DNA of 20,000 nucleotides from a bacterium (lineage in GTDB: Bacteria; JADJOY01), in assembly GCA_046331705.1 (NCBI GenBank), contig JAXLQJ010000015.1:118790-138789 (forward strand), read 5' to 3'. Position 1 is the first letter of the stretch; each line of letters starts with the position of its first letter. The notes below the pieces were generated by a model. It had not been told where the DNA came from, did no database searches, and saw nothing but the letters and a program-made list of their open reading frames with translations. Position numbers and translations under genes: made by a program. Positions 17,584 through 20,000 of the stretch are shown here, piece by piece.

Positions 17584-18729
17584 TCAGAACCCCATCGACT
17601 TGGCGATGATCTCGTTCATGATCTCTTGGGTGCCGCCGCCGATGGGCAAGAGCCGCGCGTCGCGGCTCAGCCGCTCCACCCACGTCTCGCGCATGTAGCC
17701 CATGCCGCCGAAGATCTGCACGGCGTCGTAGGTGACGCTCACCGCGGTCTCCGCGGTGAGGTTCTTGGCCATCGAGATTTCGGTGGGGATGTAATCGCCC
17801 TGATCCATGCGGTGCGCGACTTGGTAGGTGATGAGCTTGGCGGCGAGCACCCGCGTGGCCATCTCGGCGAGCTTGTGGCGAGTCACCTGGAAGGCGGCGA
17901 TGGGCTTGCCGAACGCCCGCCGCTCACGGGCGTAGCGGCGCGCCTCCTCGAAGGCGATCTCCGCCGTCGCCGACGCGTAGGCCGCGAGCCCCAGCCGCTC
18001 GGTCTGGAAGTTCCGCATCAACGTGAGGAACCCACCGCCCTCCTCGCCGCAGCGGTTCGCCACCGGCACGCGCACGTCCTCGAACGCGAGCTCGGCGGTA
18101 TCGCTCGCCCACCAGCCGGTCTTCTTGAGCGCGCGCGAGACCCGCACTCCCGGCATGCTGCTCTCGATCACCAGGAAGGTGAGCCCGCCGTGGGGATCGT
18201 CGCTGGTGCGCACCAGTGTGGTGATGACGTCGGCGCGCACGCCCGAGGTGATGAAGAGCTTGGCGCCGTTCACCACGTAATGATCGCCGTCGCGCACGGC
18301 GCGCGTGGTCACACCGGCCACGTCGCTGCCGGTGCCGGGCTCGGTGATGGCGAGGGCCGCGATCTTCTCGCCCGCCAGCACCGGGCGCGCGAAGCGCTCG
18401 TGGAGATCGGGATTCCCGGATTGCACGATCGCCGGCAGCCCGATCCCGAGTGATCCGAGCCCCACCACCACGCCCGTCGAGCGCCCCTGCATCAGGCCCT
18501 CGACCGCCATCACCGCGTGCAGCGCGCTGCCGCCCCCGCCGCCCAGCTCCTCGGGGAAGCCCACGCCGAGCACCCCGGCCTGCGCGGCCTTGCGATAGAG
18601 CTCACGCGGGAACGAGCACGCTTCCTCCCATTCCTCGGCGTGCGGCGCGATCTCCTTCTCGGCGAAGCGGCGCGCGGTCTCGCGCAGCGCACGATGGGTG
18701 TCGTCGAGCAGATTGTCGAAGAAGTCCAT
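17584..18729 (-). CDS. Acyl-CoA dehydrogenase family protein
   Basis: ALAITEPGTGSDVA, NGAKLFITSG, KKTGWWASDTAELAFEDVRVP, RRAFGKPI, QIFGGMGYM, IGGGTQEIM; GGGAG RBS. Confidence 0.96.
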   Translation of the reverse strand: MDFFDNLLDDTHRALRETARRFAEKEIAPHAEEWEEACSFPRELYRKAAQAGVLGVGFPEELGGGGGSALHAVMAVEGLMQGRSTGVVVGLGSLGIGLPAIVQSGNPDLHERFARPVLAGEKIAALAITEPGTGSDVAGVTTRAVRDGDHYVVNGAKLFITSGVRADVITTLVRTSDDPHGGLTFLVIESSMPGVRVSRALKKTGWWASDTAELAFEDVRVPVANRCGEEGGGFLTLMRNFQTERLGLAAYASATAEIAFEEARRYARERRAFGKPIAAFQVTRHKLAEMATRVLAAKLITYQVAHRMDQGDYIPTEISMAKNLTAETAVSVTYDAVQIFGGMGYMRETWVERLSRDARLLPIGGGTQEIMNEIIAKSMGF

Positions 18730-18811
18730 GGGCAGCTCCCGAGCGCCATCCAGCGCGGCGCCGCGCGCGAGTCTGGCCCATCCCGCGACCCCTGGCGCCG
18801 CCGGATCGGCG

Positions 18812-19999
18812 TCAGGGCTCGCGGACGACGTTGCCGTAGATCACCGACCAATCGGCCACTTCCTCGACCAGGTCGCGGGCGCAGTGCTCCGCGAGCCGCA
18901 GCACGTCGGCACTGAAGGCGCCGGGGTCGTCGGCGGGGGCGGCGCGCGCCGTCACGATCTCCGCCGCGAGGTCGTTCGTGCCTTGCTCGTGGTCGAGCAG
19001 GAGCTCGCGCGCCACCGCGGAGCGATCGGCGAGCCTTCGACATTCGGCCTGGAACCCGAAGCCGTTGAGCGAGGCCACGGCCGCGGGCAGCACCACCGCC
19101 GCGAGCAGCAGCCACGGTGTGGCCGCGTGGGCACGCTCGGCGAAGTCGCAGCACCGCGCCAGCAGTGCGTGACCTTCGGCGTCGTGCCGCTCGATCGCGC
19201 CCAACGCAACGGCGGCAGCGAGCACGACGAGGTCGAGCACGACGGCCCAGACGACCACGAGGTTGAGCCGGCGCACCCACCGCTCGCACCACTCGTGAAG
19301 ACCGTGCATCGTGTCGCTGGACCGGTCGTGGAAGAGGATCTGATTCCCGATCCAGTGCTCTCTCAGGTGGTCGAGCACGGCGGTGGGGTCGATTCGCAGC
19401 GTCTTGCCGTCGCCGCCGCGGGCACGACTCAGATTCGCGAGGGCCGTGGCGCTCGCGGACCGCACCAGGGCGTCGAAGAGCCAATCGACGGCGCTCTGGC
19501 GGATGGCGCTGGTGGAATAGGTCGGTGCCGCGGCCGCCGGCGGCTGAAAGCTCCCCGCGTGCGGCAGATGGAACATCGTGCGCAGCCGCTCGGCGAGATA
19601 GCGATAGTCCACGGCGCGATCGTTCCAGCGCTCGTGATTGGCCTGGTGGGTGTTGCGCGCGATGAAGAGCAGCAGCGCGAGCTTGGCGATGCCCAAGCTC
19701 ACGAGCGCACCGGTGAAGGGGTCGAGCTTGGGGGCCGCGTGCGCCTGGTCGCCGGCAGCGCCGTGCCCCACGGCCAGCAGCAGCGCGAGCCCCGCCAGGA
19801 GCACGGTGACCACGGCGAGCCCGTAGTTGAGCAGGAACGCCCCGCGGTAGAGCCCCGAGTAGTGGTAGTTGAGGCTCGTCGCGCGCGCGCGGAACGTGGC
19901 GAAAGGTTCGAGCTTGGGATCGGGTCTGGGCTCCGGCTTGTGGCGGAAACGGCGCTCGAACCCCGTCCAGCAGCGGCTGCGGAGCGAGGTGCGCTGTTT
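18812..19999 (-). CDS. Membrane protein with two tandem SLATT/DUF4231-like 2TM domains, 3' part (runs off the right edge)
   Basis: The frame is open from 19999 to the stop at 18812. Two TM pairs: the first is followed by RWNDRAVDYRYLAERLR, the second is preceded by WIGNQILFH and followed by a terminal EEVADW. Confidence 0.65.
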   Translation of the reverse strand, partial: KQRTSLRSRCWTGFERRFRHKPEPRPDPKLEPFATFRARATSLNYHYSGLYRGAFLLNYGLAVVTVLLAGLALLLAVGHGAAGDQAHAAPKLDPFTGALVSLGIAKLALLLFIARNTHQANHERWNDRAVDYRYLAERLRTMFHLPHAGSFQPPAAAAPTYSTSAIRQSAVDWLFDALVRSASATALANLSRARGGDGKTLRIDPTAVLDHLREHWIGNQILFHDRSSDTMHGLHEWCERWVRRLNLVVVWAVVLDLVVLAAAVALGAIERHDAEGHALLARCCDFAERAHAATPWLLLAAVVLPAAVASLNGFGFQAECRRLADRSAVARELLLDHEQGTNDLAAEIVTARAAPADDPGAFSADVLRLAEHCARDLVEEVADWSVIYGNVVREP

Positions 20000-20000
20000 C

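Overview
Very GC-rich bacterial chromosomal window; the gene content suggests a deltaproteobacterial, Myxococcota- or Binatota-like organism (inference only). Left to right: 5' part of a CopA-type P1B ATPase (-); an NADPH-dependent F420 reductase-like gene and a Rieske oxygenase (+); a membrane-anchored putative beta-propeller protein (-); a hexapeptide acyltransferase (+); a B12-binding radical SAM protein (-). Next is the housekeeping block tmk-ricT(PSP1)-metG-tatD/radical SAM (+), which lacks holB and is interrupted by two tandem antisense vapBC modules with apparently leaderless promoters. It ends with an SDR fused through an internal signal-peptide-like segment to an SRPBCC/START-like domain, an ArsR regulator with matching operators upstream of both genes, an acyl-CoA dehydrogenase and the 3' part of a tandem-SLATT-like membrane protein (all -). 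No rRNA, tRNA, CRISPR array or transposase was recognised. The best novelty candidates are the ArsR-linked SDR-signal-SRPBCC fusion, the SLATT-like effector, the twin vapBC insertion next to metG and the F420 reductase/Rieske pair. All calls are from reading motifs by eye; no searches were run.
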